Assembly (NCBI GenBank): GCA_051294375.1
Contig: CM119270.1
Location: 19,066,576-19,130,575 of the forward strand
From: Paraspadella gotoi
Lineage: Eukaryota; Animalia; Chaetognatha
DNA length: 64,000 nucleotides
Direction of reading: 5' to 3'
Below are positions 42,482-55,759 of the stretch, piece after piece. The position numbers and the translations under genes were made by a program. The notes below the pieces were generated by a model that was not told the DNA's origin, ran no database searches, and saw nothing but the letters and a program-made list of their open reading frames with translations. Within the stretch, counting starts at the first letter, position 1, and every line of letters begins with the position of its first letter.

Positions 42482-42617
42482 TCAAGAGGCAACGACGATG
42501 GGCGTGGAGGCGGCGCGGTCGAGCGAGGCGGCGGCCTTGGGCGCCGGCGTCACTTCCGGGTAAGAGTCGGCGGAAGAAGAGGAGGATTGAGAAGAGGAGG
42601 ATGTTAAGCTCTCGTGG
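42482..42617 (-). CDS. Pim: Pim kinase terminal exon (HESLTSSSS...TPIVVAS*)
   Basis: TTTTCCTTCAG acceptor in matching phase 2; Ser-rich tail; AATAAA downstream on the minus strand at about 42006 and 41905. Confidence 0.8.
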
Positions 42618-44387
42618 CTGAAGGAAAACAAAATGGCGGAGATAAAGATTAAGATTTAAAAAAAATTTTTTTTTTAGATATTTAAATCAAGATTTAAATG
42701 AGGGTAACGAAAAAAAAAAGACCACCATATAGTCACAGTCAACTAATTTACGATAATTACAGTCTTTCTAATTATTGTAAAACTTGTGAAAGCCAGAACA
42801 ACGAAGGTAAAATAAATTATAATAAGGATTTATTTACATTTAATAAACAAACCTGGACGTAGAGGATTGATCCATGGATATGAGTCTTCGCTTGTCGCTG
42901 CCGGCGGCGCCCTTAACCGAGTCTTTGAGCCAAGGGTGTTGCAGGATGCCCTCCAGAGTTGGCCGATCGTCCGGTCGCGGCGACAAGCATTTGCGGATCA
43001 AATCCCGAACGCCCTCCGACGGCTTGCCCCTCCACTTGAGAACCCCGCCCAGGATCTGCTCGTCCTGCTCGAAGGGAATGTCCCCGCAGACCATGTCGAA
43101 GAGAAGAATGCCGAGTGACCACACCGTGGCCGGAATGCCGCGGTAGCGGTGGTGGCGGATCCACTCCGGCGGACTGTAAACGCGGGTGCCTGTGGATTGG
43201 AGAATGGAGAGAGGGGGTTTCGGAAATTAGGTAAGAAATGAGTATGAAATAATTAATCATTAATCATCATGACAGAAAAAATAAAAAAGTAAAAAAAACA
43301 TTTTGTCACTTTTAATAAATTTATAAATAATTTTCTCGTATATTAATATCATCGCAGGAAATGGACCAGTGGATGGATCTGATTTGCCTCTCTCGTCGAA
43401 GAAGGAAAGAAGAACGAAACTGACATCATTCACGTAAGGCGTTCATACGGTCTTTTCATCTAGATTTCAACGTAAAGGGAAAACTTCGCTTCGAACCTCA
43501 CGGGGGGAAAAAACCCAATACAGAACCATATGTCGAAGAAATCGCGCGAACGATTCTCTCTCACAAAAATTCACAATTCCCCCCCCACCAACCCTCCTTC
43601 CCCCCACGCCCCTTTTAAAACAATTGACGCTCGCGCGCCTTTTTCACGTGGGCGGAGCCACTGAGAGGGAAAGACGAGTCACGTGGTCGCGGCACCGACG
43701 TCATCGCCAATCGTCACGTGATTCTTTTGCGTCACGCGAAGGGCGTGGCGGAATCTAGTGGAAGAAAAAAAAAGGGGGGGGGAAGTAGGGGAGGAAGGCT
43801 CGCCCACGCGGCGGAAATCAATCTCGCTGACGTCTTCGGAGAACGAAACTGCGCAGTACGAAACGGCGCATATGTTCTCTTCTTTCCTTTATTTTCCTTT
43901 TTTTTTAAGTAGCGAGGGCTACATATGGCGAAAGATCCGTATTAGGTGAGCAAACTAGGGGGGCGGAATAATTCGAGCGCGAACTGCGTAATAAGAAGCA
44001 CTCTCGCGCTCGCTCGCTCTCTCTCTCTCACACCTTATCATAAGTTCGATCTTCCTCTCTCGGCGCGAAAAAAAAAATCCTCTTCGGTTAATCTCGTCTT
44101 TTTCTGGTCGATGGAACAAGGTCGAGGTTACGTTAAGAAGATATAAAATGACTATAAATAATATAATAGCATATCAGTAATTAAAATTTAGTATATTACT
44201 TTTATTAATTTTATATATCACTAACAAAAAACCTCAACTTTCCTATTTTTCCCCACATATCTGCATTCCTTATCGATTGAGTAAGAAATCCAGTGCAAGA
44301 AATCGCGAGGGTTTTCGTGCGAGCAATGCAAGCATCGTCCTGTAAAGATCTGGGACAGAGTGACAACATGAGCCGACGACAGAGCGC

Positions 44388-44442
<55 letters not shown>

Positions 44443-44860
44443 GGCGAGCTAGCACGGAGCCGTCGAGTGAGACACAGAAAAACGCGCCGAGGAAAAAAAT
44501 TGAGCAAGAGAGACGGCGGTGCAGACAGTCTGTTGCCGCGCTTGCATTCGCTAGAAAGAGAGAGAAAGAGAGAGAGAGAGAGAGAGGTAAAAGAAAACGA
44601 GAGTAAGAAAAAAAGAGAAGGGATGAAACGGAGAAAGAACAGGAAAAAAGGAAAAAAGGAAAATAAGAAAAGTTAGAAAAAAGGAGAGAACCGACCGGGC
44701 CGAGTACATCCGGAGAGAGAGAGAGTGAATTTGAAAGCCACGTGGGCGGGAGGCACGCGCGTCTTTCGAACACAGAGAGAAAGAGAGAGAATTGGACAAC
44801 CCAACGACGCCTCTTTTCAGCCAGAGACTTATTCATTTGGAATTCGTGGCCGGGGAGAGA

Positions 44861-44942
<82 letters not shown>

Positions 44943-47900
44943 GCGCGCGGGGCCGGGCGATCACCTTGCGAGACAACCTTGTCCCACCGACCGGGCGAAG
45001 TGACCAGAAGCAAAGTGGATTTGGTTTGATTCGATTTGGTTCCAGAAGAGAAATTTTGACGGCCAGACATGCGATCGTTGGGAGTAAAGGGGAGCGAGGG
45101 AGGAAATGGAGGCAAGAAAAGGAAAGAGACGAGAAAAGGAAAGAGACGAGAAAAGGAAAGAGACGAGAAAAGGAAAGAGACGAGAAAAGGAAAGAGACGA
45201 GAAAAGGAAAGAGACGAGAAAAGGAAAGAGACGAGAAAAGGAAAGAGACGAGAAAAGGAAAGAGACGAGAAAAGGAAAGAGACGAGAAAAGGAAAGAGAC
45301 GAGAAAAGGAAAGAGACGAGAAAAGGAAAGAGACGAGAAAAGGAAAGAGACGAGAAGAGGAAAGAAGAAGAAGAAAAGAAAAGGAGGAAAGGGAAAAGGA
45401 GAGGAGGAAGAAAACAAAAGACAAGAGAGGTGAAATATCAAACGTCTGTAAACGAAACGTTAAAAACTTTAAAAAGTTGACAATAGAAATTAAGAAAGAA
45501 ATCCGCGTCCTTCACATTCGAAGACGCGAAATGTGAACCGACGTCGTGAAAGTCCTTCACTCTTGGACGGCGTGAAAGGGGAAGGCTCTACAAAAAAAAA
45601 AATAATGGCTTCGTGCGCATATGGCCATCATTCTTTCTTTCTCTCTCTCTCTCTGTCCGATTGAGGCGGTGACAGCGAAAAGAGGGCAACGTCCTTTTTT
45701 TCTCGCTCGATTGATCGATCGATACGACGAAATTAAAAAAAAAAATGAAAATCCTCAACCAAATCTTGTTTCGCGATGGCGTCATTCGGCCCGCTGGTTT
45801 TTTTTTCTTTTTCTTTCTTTTTAATCTTCATTTTCTAGTTTTTAATACCATCTTTCTATCTTTTTACAATTATTTTTCTATCTTTTCTTTCCTTCAGTAT
45901 TCTTTCTCTCCAACAACAACAACAAAAAAAAGAACCAAATCGATAAGAAGCCCCCGACTAATACGGATCCTAAAGAAAATCTGGATTCCGCGCAGCAAAG
46001 TTCGTTGACATTTTTAGGAAGGCGACGCATTTCTCGGCGTTTCGCTGGGAAAAGGTCCTCGAAAAGGTTTCACCACCACCGAAATCGAACGCGAATCATT
46101 TACATCCGGTTCCGGATTCAATTCGTCGCCGGTATTATGCGATTTGCGAGCGAGAATGGAACGTCGTTGGCCTTAATGGCCGAAGGGGGGGGAGGGGGTG
46201 GGGAGGTTGAAGCAGAAGGTGCGGCGGCGGAGAGGGGGGGGGTTGGCGCAGGCCATATCCGTCAAAACGATGAGGCATTTCGTCCTCGTTGAATGCCATG
46301 CCACGTCAGCCATTCTGTTTTAACGGCGATATCGGCGAGGATAACAACAACAAGGGCGAGCAAATCGAGGGTAATAGGCAGAACTTAACAGAGATGACGA
46401 CGACGACAACAACGTCAATCGACGTATTACATTAACCAATGAGCTCAAAGGGAAACCTCTCTCTTTGCAATACATTCAAACTGACTCAAACTCAAACGGT
46501 TAACCGCCAGAACGTCAAATTTTCGAAATGTTTTTGGATATATTAAATTCATTAAAAGAAGATCCACTTTAACTTTTCACACACTCACACACTGGCACAT
46601 CTATTCACACATTCACGCTCAAAAAACTCACCGTCAAAGTCGGTGTAGAGTTTGTCCTTCAAGATGGCGCCGGAACCGAAGTCGATGAGTCTCAAGTCGC
46701 CCGAGCGAAGGTCGACGAGCAAATTCTCGTCCTTGATGTCGCGATGGATGACGGAACAACGATGACAGGCGATGACCGTCTCGACGACCTGCTTGAAGAA
46801 GTGGCGGGAGATCTCTTCGTCGAGAGAACCCTTCTCCGTGATGTAGTCGAAGAGGTCCTTGACCTTTTCATGGAGGAAAGATGGTGTAATTAGGGGTAGG
46901 AGATATACTAACAGTACTAACACGTATATACAATGAACTAATATTATTGCTACTGTCTTTCTCTCTGATATATTAATATACTAAAATCATGGTCCACTTG
47001 CTTCAAAAGAGCCTAAAATATAATGTTTTACTATTGCTAATCATCATTATTCCTCGTACCTGCTCAGGTCGCTGCATGATGATGAGAAAGTTGCCGTCTT
47101 GAGTCTTGAAGGCGTCCAACATCCGAATCACTCCGTCAACTTGAGAGACTTTGGACAATAAGATAATCTCCAACGGAACCACCTCGCCGTTTAGCTGAAG
47201 GAAATGAGAGATGAGGAATAAACAGAATTTCACCAAAATAAACAAAGAAAATAGAGAGAGAGAAAAAAGAAGGAAAGAGAGAAAGAAGACTTGTTTCGTT
47301 TCTATGGTAACAAAAATCGGGGATAATCTTCAACATATGCATTTTTCCCCTTCAATTAACTTTCTGACAGACTTTTCAAAAAATGCATCAATAAATTATG
47401 GACTGAAAAAAAAATTGCATTGCAAATCTGATGCATAATTTTCTTCCTTTTTTTTTCCAAAACAACGCACGTTAGTCAACGACTGCGGAAAGAGTAAATA
47501 TTCAAAAGACCCCAAAAACCAAAAAAAAACCCTGTCAATTCTGAAAAACTGGAATCGAAAAAAAAAGAGGAAATTTAAAATTCAAAAAACAGAAAAGGGG
47601 AAAAACGGCAAGAATCGCGGAACCAGGCAAAGACGTCAGTTTTGCGCGTACTGGACGAGTCTTTCCCTTACAAAGCTTCTTAATCCGGGGAAATGTCAGT
47701 TGAAGAGACCAGAAAAAGAGGAAAAATCTCATTCTCAACTTTTCGCCCCTCTCTCTCTCTCTTTGATTCCGCGTTTCAAAAAATCTTCATTTGCATGAAC
47801 CCGTCGAGAATAAGAAAGGGATTTTTTCCTTCCTCTATCTCTCTGTCTAGCTTTTGATCACGACCAAAGCCACGAGGCTTGCCAACACTAAAAAAAGCCT

Positions 47901-50900
47901 CAACTATGCGCCTCTCTCTCTCTCTCGCCGCCGAGGCCGAGCCTTAAAAAATCTCGTACACCACGTGGAGTGTCGTGGCAAGAGAGAGAGAGAGCGAGAC
48001 GATTGGAGGAGGCGAGATAGAGAGTCCGACCACAAACCGATTCAGGGAGGGATCGCATGAAAAAATGTTATCAACTCGTTTTTAATTTTTTTCTTTTTCG
48101 AAACTTGGAGGGAAATATTAACGAAGTTTTAACGAACAATGAGAGAGAAAGTGGGTTAATTGGTAACTAGTAACGGGAGTAACGAACAAAGATGGCTCAA
48201 CGCATCCATTCCCTTTTTTTCCCGCCAGAATAGGTTTAACCGTTAAGTGCAAGAGAACTCCTCTAATTCGAGAATAACTTTTAAAACTCTGGGCTCGGCG
48301 GGGGCGTTCTTAGGAGAACAAGAAGAAGAAAAACTTAAATCCAATCCCAAAAATCCCGGCTGACTTTTTCTTTCTTTTCTAAACATTCAAAAGAAAATAA
48401 TGTGCGGGTTATGATTAATTTTGTTAAAAGTTCGTGGGAACTTTTTCACGCCCGGGCGCTGAGAATGAGTGATATTTCTTCTCTTTGATGTATGTTGTTG
48501 CTTTTCTTCTGCAGGGAGAGAAGAAACAAATCACTGTCTTCTGTTTTTATATCAAAAGTAAAAATCTACAAACGCCGAGTCAGCGATACTCCGGGTCAGA
48601 AGGGGATTTTAAAAAACTGGCAACGTGGCTCAAAACATTCGAAGCCACGATAGAAAGTTTTTATCCCCCAATCGACTCTGAAAAATAATTTTCTCAAGCA
48701 GAAGTAGCGACATACGTATATAGCAGATATAAACGAATAATATATAGTTTAAAGTAAAAAAGTTTGAACTGTCGGTTAATAACTAAAAGGCGTGTCCTCC
48801 GAAGCGCCACTAAAAACCAATCTGGCCGTTTATTTCTGGCGGTTCCCTCTTTGTGATCGACATTTTCTTAATTGAACGGGGGAGTTTCAATTTGGCTCAA
48901 TCAGCGATCTCTCGCTCTCTCTCTCTCGAGCTATAATTCGGAAATATTCAAGAAACAATATACAAACAGACGCCCGAACTTTTTTTTTCCGAACAGGGGC
49001 ACACCGCTCACTTTTTAAATAGCGGGTTCTCTTTAAACAATAAACGGAGACAAAACCCTCGAAACAAAAAAGGCGAATGAGAAATGAGCAGGTGGTCGCC
49101 CGAAAATTCGATTGCCGGCCATGAATGGAAAGATGTTGGCCATCGAGGAAAACTCGGGGACCAAATGGCGGACCCTTTCGCTTAACCAAATCGGAGGGGC
49201 GGATGATGAGAAGGGGGCTTTCGAAACATGCACGACGAAGAGTGAAAGATGAGCACGCATTTTACGTGCGCGGTACACGCAGAGTGAGAGGCACGCGATG
49301 CGCAAAATGGATCGTCCTTTTTACGTAATGAATTAAATATATATTCCTTTTTTTTATAAATCACAAACGGAGATAGTATTCTTTTTTTTCACTCGATTTC
49401 GCATGAGAGAAAAACTAATCTTTTTTTCGGGGGGGTCCGATTATTAAAGTATCATGCAGTCACTTTTATGTTGGTAACCGGAAGAAATTATAGCTTTCTG
49501 GCACGAGATAGAGAGAAAGAGGGAAAGAAAATGCCGAGGAGAAAAGAATTAAGTCCGGGAAAAAGTTTTCAAAACTTTTTAAATATATACTTCGACTCGG
49601 AAAAAGAAAAAGTTTGAATAACATTTGGAGAAAATGTAACAAATGTCACTTTAGAGTAAGTCGAAACAACTTTGTAACCATTTGTGACTTACTCCAATCC
49701 GCACCGATTGCTTGACTAAGGTGGCTGAGCTTTAAAAGTCTGAGCGATGGAAGAAAAAAAGAAAAAAAATTTAAAATAACAATTGAGGTAAAACTAACAA
49801 AATTAATGTACACCGAGAAACAATACCTTTAAAAAGACTGAATGGTAAAGAAGGTATCCAAAAACCCAGAAAGGATTTGAACTTCCTGCCGTGGAGTTAG
49901 CCGGAACTAGCCAGGTTCCTCCCAATCTCTCGCTCGTTTTGCACATTCCTAGGATACTACCTCAAAGTTACAAACCGCCGAAAGCTGCTGCCAAGATTTT
50001 CCCGACGTCGCCAACAACGTAAACTGAGCGGACAAGATTTCCTGTCTGGGAATTTTTTCGAGTGAACCGGTGATTCACTCGCCAGAAATGTTATCTCGAA
50101 AGAATTCCGAGATCTTTTTTTAAAAGAAAAAGTTTTTTTGTATTCTGTTATAATTATTTCGATGAGAAAAGTTAAACTTGTCTAATGTTTAAAAATAGCG
50201 GGGAAAGAGAAAGGGAGAAACCCAAACCCTATTTTCCTTCTTCGCCCGGAAGCTAAACTCCTTAATTCGTCGAGAGGGAAAAGACGGAAAAGGGGGCGAC
50301 GGGGAGAGGGAGTGGGGGCGGCTGAGAGCCAAGAATGCGACCTACATTTGGGGCGAACCCTTCCTTTTGGGAATAGAGGTCCACGGCGGCCCTCAACGCC
50401 CCTTTTTCACTCCAGTTCCTCATCGCAATGACCTTTTCATAATTGTAAGAATGTCACTTCCTCCCGCTTTTTTCCATTCACGCTTTCACCTTCAACTCTC
50501 CCTCGCATTCACGCACGATCACCGGTAGAGTTCACTGCGAGGGCGTGAGATCCTCGGCCTTCGAGAGAGAGAGAGAGAGAGAGACGCCTCGAGTCGTAAT
50601 CGTAATCGAGTCGTGAAGGGGCCTTTGTGAGGGGGAGAGGCAGAGAGAGAGAGAGAGACCCTCTTTAAGTAAAAAATAACTCCTCGGAAGGTCTCGACCT
50701 TTGAGGTTTTTCGAACTGGAAGGAATGAAGCGATTTCGAACTCGAGAGAAAAAGTCAAGATTTTTAAACCAGAATCGAAAGGAAAATTTTTCGTTATAAT
50801 AAAGGACAAAGAACCAACTGATTTTTCTAAAACGCGTTCGTTTAAATCAAAAAGCCGGCTTTACGACATGACGAGCGAATCAACCGGCCGAAATTCTACC

Positions 50901-53044
50901 CGCTTACAATTTCAATCCACTTGTTCCCCTTTTTACGCGAGTGCGAAAAGTAATTCGATTAATAATCCTTCTAACCCCCCTTTTTTTACGTAACTACGCG
51001 AGAGGGCGCGGTTTTTATTTTTCAGAACAAACCAATTTTCTGACTGGTCGGTTTAATTATTCAATTAGTTCGTATTGATTTCAGGCGGGACATCCGTTAA
51101 AAGGGAAAATGAGAGAAGTATCGTGTGCCCTTCATAGTGTCAAAAAGAAAAAGCATCGAGGAAAAACCTGGCGGAAGAGAGAGAGAGAGAGAGAGATAGA
51201 GATCCGAGCCCTCGACCTCCAGACACGAGACGGGATGTTTCCCTAAGAACCAAAAAAGTCAGGTGCAAAGGCGGCGGGAAAAGAGGAGGGACGGCGGTTT
51301 CGAAGAGACAGAGAAGAAAGAGAGACGAATGGATGGACGGACGGACTTCCGTTCCTCATAAACAAAGTCATGTTGCCATGCTGGCGACGAGAGGGGAGGG
51401 AAAAAAGACGACGATAACCATTCTTTTTTTTTTTTTTTGGTCCGATTTCGCAATTCTTTTGCCGAGGACAAAGTACAGAGTTTTGGTCGGTGCAAATTTC
51501 TGCGATGTTGCGGTTTGATAAGATGGGATGAAATGATTGAGCAATAAAAATAAAAATTTCTTGCGATATCAAGCGGAAAAGACATGAACTTGTACATTTC
51601 CTTGGTTCCATTTGACCTTTACGCTTTACACTGTCAGGAATAGATTTTTGCAATGATTGTATTTAGAAGCTTGATGAAAAAATATTCCATCGCCTCTTTC
51701 TGGCAAGGTTCTCACATACATAAATATTACTCTCAATCAAATTATCAACTTTTGTTTAGTTCTATTTTTAATCTCCCAAGTTCCCAACGCCTGGTGCTTG
51801 GCGGGAAGATCTCTCTCAGCGAAACACAAAGGAATTTCTAACTTTTTCGGTTTTCGAAAAGAGAAAAAGAGAAAAAGAAAAAAAGTGAAACAGAGTAAGA
51901 GAGGAGAGAGGAGAGAGAGAGAGATAAAGGAAATTCCTCAAACCCCCTTCGCAGCCGCAGCCGCCGCCGGGGGGAAATCCCGCAGCTGCCGGGCCGCGGC
52001 GGCGGGCAGCCCCTCGGCCCCGGAGGCCCAAGAGTCGCGAGAAACAAAGAGAAGAAAGGAAAAAGGAAAGGAAATTTGGGGGGGGGGGAAATGAGGGAAG
52101 AAAGGAAGATGAACAAAGAGAAAAAATAGGGGACGACAGACGGAGAAACAGAAGGCACTTACCAATCCCCAATCGGGAACTTTCTCTTTCAGCACGTGTT
52201 TTATGGCGACCTTAGGGAGAAAGAAATTGAACGATTATTTTCCCTTTGCTATTTTTATATCATTTCCACTAACGATTATCTGTTTTTTTTTTAAAAATAG
52301 CCTGTTAACGATTAACCAGTCAATCTGGTTTCAATTCGAAACGACCTCAACGGAATTAACCAACTTTTTTGCGACTTAAAACCTCATTTCCTTCTGAACC
52401 CAGGGCTAATCCGAGACAAAGACAATTGCCCTGCCATCTAGTTTTTCTTACTATTATCAGTAATGTTATTATTAGCATTTTCTGATTAAATCTCAGCAAT
52501 CCTTACCGGATAGTTGTCTTTTTGTCGAGTTCCGGAGTAAACTGTCCCGAATCCGCCGGACCCGATCACTGATCCGCACTGGTAAGTTTTTGAGAAGGTG
52601 GCGTAATCTTTCACTGTAACAAAGAAAGGGGAATTTTACACATGGTTGTTCACGCGCTTTCACGCTGATTTACGGTATCTGACATTTACCAGATGAAAAT
52701 AATTTCCTGAGGGAAGGCATGTGTTATTTCCTCATTCTTTTATTTCTTTACGTATTCGTTAAACCGAAACAATCCCATAAAAAACCAGGAGATAAAGAAC
52801 AGATCTTATGATCGTGATAATCTACCGATGATTCAACAAAAATTCTGGGCGGAGCTCAAGCTTACTTACAGAAACTAAGGAAGAGACATCACGACTAACC
52901 CCCAACAAACTCGGAAAACAAATTCTCCCCCGCCACGGTTATATGATTCAAAGAAGGTTTGGCCATTTTTCGAAGTTCGATCTTTTAAACTAGAAAGTTT
53001 TTGAAAGAACGGGTTATCAATGAGTCAGACCCGCGTTACCAAAG

Positions 53045-53108
<64 letters not shown>

Positions 53109-54408
53109 CCTTCACATGACAAGATAAGACCCAAGAATCCAGATAGGACTGGTTTCCAAAACGAACCGAGCCTCCTCTTCGATGTGGCTCTTCTCGTATA
53201 GAACCCGACCATCCCACATTCTTGGATGAAAGATAAGCGTCCAATCAACAACAACGACGACAAACGTAACCGATCGAAGCTTTGGGCTCCGTAAACCGTA
53301 AACCTAAATCTTGACCCCGTCGTCCCTCGTTACGCTCGGTGGTCGAGAAGGAAGATTTGGTGAAAAGAGGAAGAGTTAAGGGAAGGTGATAAGGTAAGGA
53401 CTTTGTGGATGGCGATGAGGGAAAGTTAATGATTAACGAGGAAATGGAGATATAAAACCGGTAAGTTGGAAAAATTTGGGTTTTAAGGAAAAGTTCAACC
53501 TAAAATGGGAACATCTTTCGCTCGAGTGGAAGATAACTGATAAGAATTGTCGTTGTCAGAGAATAACTTTTTCTCTTTAAAACGTTTGTCTTTTATCATT
53601 TTTATTAATGGGATATTACATTCTAGCAATATGTCCTTTTGAAGTACAATTAATCGGAAAAGAGAAAGTTCAACAATTAATAACTTTTTGATTAAGTAAA
53701 CCAACTTGATAAACTTTAAATTCTTACCCTTTAAACTTGAAATAAAAAAAAATCTATAGTTCAAATTACTCTGCCAAAATAAACTTAAACCGGCGTTTTG
53801 AGGCTTTATCGCATAGTTAACTATTCAACAGCCAAAGTCAGCGAAATAAAAGAAACTAACCAAAAGATAAATTTATAAGTCATAAAATAGGCACACGACT
53901 ACAATGAACTTTGATCCGACTTATGGAACCGAAAAAAATTGATCGTAAAGTTTAAAACAATTCCATTTCATATCCCGGAATAATAATCAACGATTAAAGT
54001 TCAAGGCTGCTCTTAAAATTAATCGAAGATTTTTCTCTCCAACACGAAATGCGGAACCAGAAAAAAAACCCATTGGTCCGAAATTTCAAAGAAATAAAAT
54101 GGCAGGTAATTTATAGAATGGGGGGGACAGACCAGGCGTGAGTAACACGTAAACCGAACATAAAGGATATTAATGGAGAGAGAAAAAGTCAAGCCTTAAC
54201 CAACTTTAACCCAAAAAAAGCCACAATAACCCTTCGGGTAACGACAAAAAGCGACGAAAAATCAACGCCCATCAAATGAAAATACGAGGAAATCGAAACT
54301 GCAAATGGAGTGGCGAACTAAAGTGAGTTAAACCTTACCCGTTCTTGACTGATCCTCTATGCAATGGGCCGGTGACAGGACCGTTCCACGGTTGCGTCGC
54401 GAAGTCAT
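42482..54408 (-). CDS. Pim: Pim-family Ser/Thr protein kinase, 7 coding exons: 54408-54339, 52613-52507, 52210-52163, 47194-47060, 46863-46632, 43189-42853, 42617-42482 (1065 nt, 354 aa)
   Basis: Manual translation with GT-AG junctions in consistent phase gives GSGGFGTVY (P-loop), VAIK, VPLEI, the Pim-type hinge [61 protein letters not shown] and a SSHESL tail. Exon 1 is the least certain and has its own upstream AG at 54456, so a further 5' exon may exist. Confidence 0.95.
42853..43189 (-). CDS. Pim: Pim kinase exon ([10 protein letters not shown]...LQHPWL...DQSSTS)
   Basis: CCACAG acceptor in phase 1; subdomains VIII-XI; AG|GTTTGT donor. Confidence 0.95.
45115..45357. repeat. 17-bp minisatellite (AAAAGGAAAGAGACGAG)~14 in a Pim intron
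   Basis: Direct inspection; explains the 17-aa periodic ORFs in the track. Confidence 0.9.
46632..46863 (-). CDS. Pim: Pim kinase exon (VKDLFDY...HRDIKDEN...DFGSG...YTDFD)
   Basis: Catalytic loop and DFG motif; GTGAG donor in phase 1. Confidence 0.96.
47060..47194 (-). CDS. Pim: Pim kinase exon ([11 protein letters not shown]...IIMQRPEQ)
   Basis: TTCCTTCAG acceptor, GTACG donor; alphaC Glu and hinge. Confidence 0.93.
52163..52210 (-). CDS. Pim: Pim kinase exon ([16 protein letters not shown])
   Basis: 48-nt exon with AG/GTAAGT borders carrying the catalytic Lys of subdomain II. Confidence 0.93.
52507..52613 (-). CDS. Pim: Pim kinase exon with Gly-rich loop ([35 protein letters not shown])
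   Basis: TTACAG acceptor, GTAAG donor, kinase subdomain I; absent from the ORF track. Confidence 0.95.
54339..54408 (-). CDS. Pim: Pim kinase putative first coding exon ([23 protein letters not shown])
   Basis: ATG in an open frame ending at a G|GTAAG donor in phase 1, matching the phase-1 acceptor at 52613; no homology support for the peptide itself. Confidence 0.6.
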
Positions 54409-55039
54409 TTCGAAGATACGGGTGGGCGGAGTCACGTCCGAAAAAAATTTGATGCCTAGAGATAAAAATCCAAGATGTGTTTTTTTTTTTAAAGTTTTTT
54501 TTCTTCGGTTTGTTTTTTTTCTGTTGTTTCGTTGGTAAGTACTTTCGGGTTGTTTTATTTTTGTTTCGCGAAGAACGAAGAGACAAAAGATATTTAAATT
54601 GGAAAACAATTGTATCTATGGTGTGAAGCGTTTCCTATTGACTCTTTCAATTTTAGTTTTCTCGAAGAGACGAGAGCGAGAGCGAGACGATAGGGGAATT
54701 CTCTAGAGACGACCAGAGAGTTCGCGGCAAAATAACGAACAATTTTTAACGAACAACACGTTTTTTATACGAAACGCGCGTTCGGTGTTTTGACGATGCA
54801 GCGTCGAAGAGCTGTGGTGTTTCTCGTCGTCTTAGTCGTCTCTTGGTTTTTATTTTAGTCTCCGTCGCAACGGGAGGAAACGCGGAGTCTGATAGAGACT
54901 GAGACACGTGAAGCTCTCTCTCTCTATCTTTCTCTCTCGGTTTAAGGGGCAGCAACCGTCGTCGCTTCCTGCGTCGTCGTAAGGACTTCGTCGTTCTCGT
55001 CGTCGTCGGCGGAGGAGGATCGTCGCTTGGATCGTCGTC

Positions 55040-55174
<135 letters not shown>

Positions 55175-55489
55175 CGATTTCCGACCAATCAGACGGCGAG
55201 GAGGGAAAAGCTAGAGAGCGAGAGAGGGAGAGAAGGAAACAAAATATATAGGGAAAGAAAGAGAGAGAGAGAGAGAGACAGAGAGATGCAGCAAGCCGAG
55301 CCAGGAAGAGCCTTTAGCCTCCCAAGGTTGCAGGGTTGCGTACGATGTGAGCTGGGGGGATGAGCGGCTGGTAAGTTTCAGCCGAGATGGATTTGCGTCG
55401 CAGTCAATCAAGAGCACAGTTGCACTCAGCGATCGAGAGCTCAGAAGCTCTTGCAAAAAAAAAAAAAATCTTAAAAGCATAAAGATCGA

Positions 55490-55730
55490 GCGCTTTCGAT
55501 AGTAACCAAAATATTGATGCGATGATAACCAAATATTTTATATGCGATGTAACCAAATATTGACGCGATGATAACCAATAATTGATGCGATGATAACAAA
55601 ATGACTGATGTGATGATAATCAAATGATTGATGCGATGATAGTCATTCATTGATATGATGATAATCATTCATTTGATACGATGATAGTCATTCATTGATG
55701 CGATGATAGTGATTCATTGACGCGCTGAAT
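55490..55730. repeat. Degenerate ~22-24-bp tandem repeat (ATTGATGCGATGATA core)
   Basis: About ten diverged copies visible. Confidence 0.7.
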
Positions 55731-55759
55731 CATTCATCGTAAATAAAACAAACAAATGC

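Noticed and set aside
42840-42852. Pim ending at ...STSRFVY* as given in the ORF track
   Set aside because: An AG|GT donor at 42853/42852 and an in-phase acceptor at 42618 give a Pim-like SSHESL tail, so RFVY* is probably intron read-through.
49830-50030. Exon-like mixed-composition patch in a Pim intron
   Set aside because: No frame with homology or compatible splice sites on the Pim strand.
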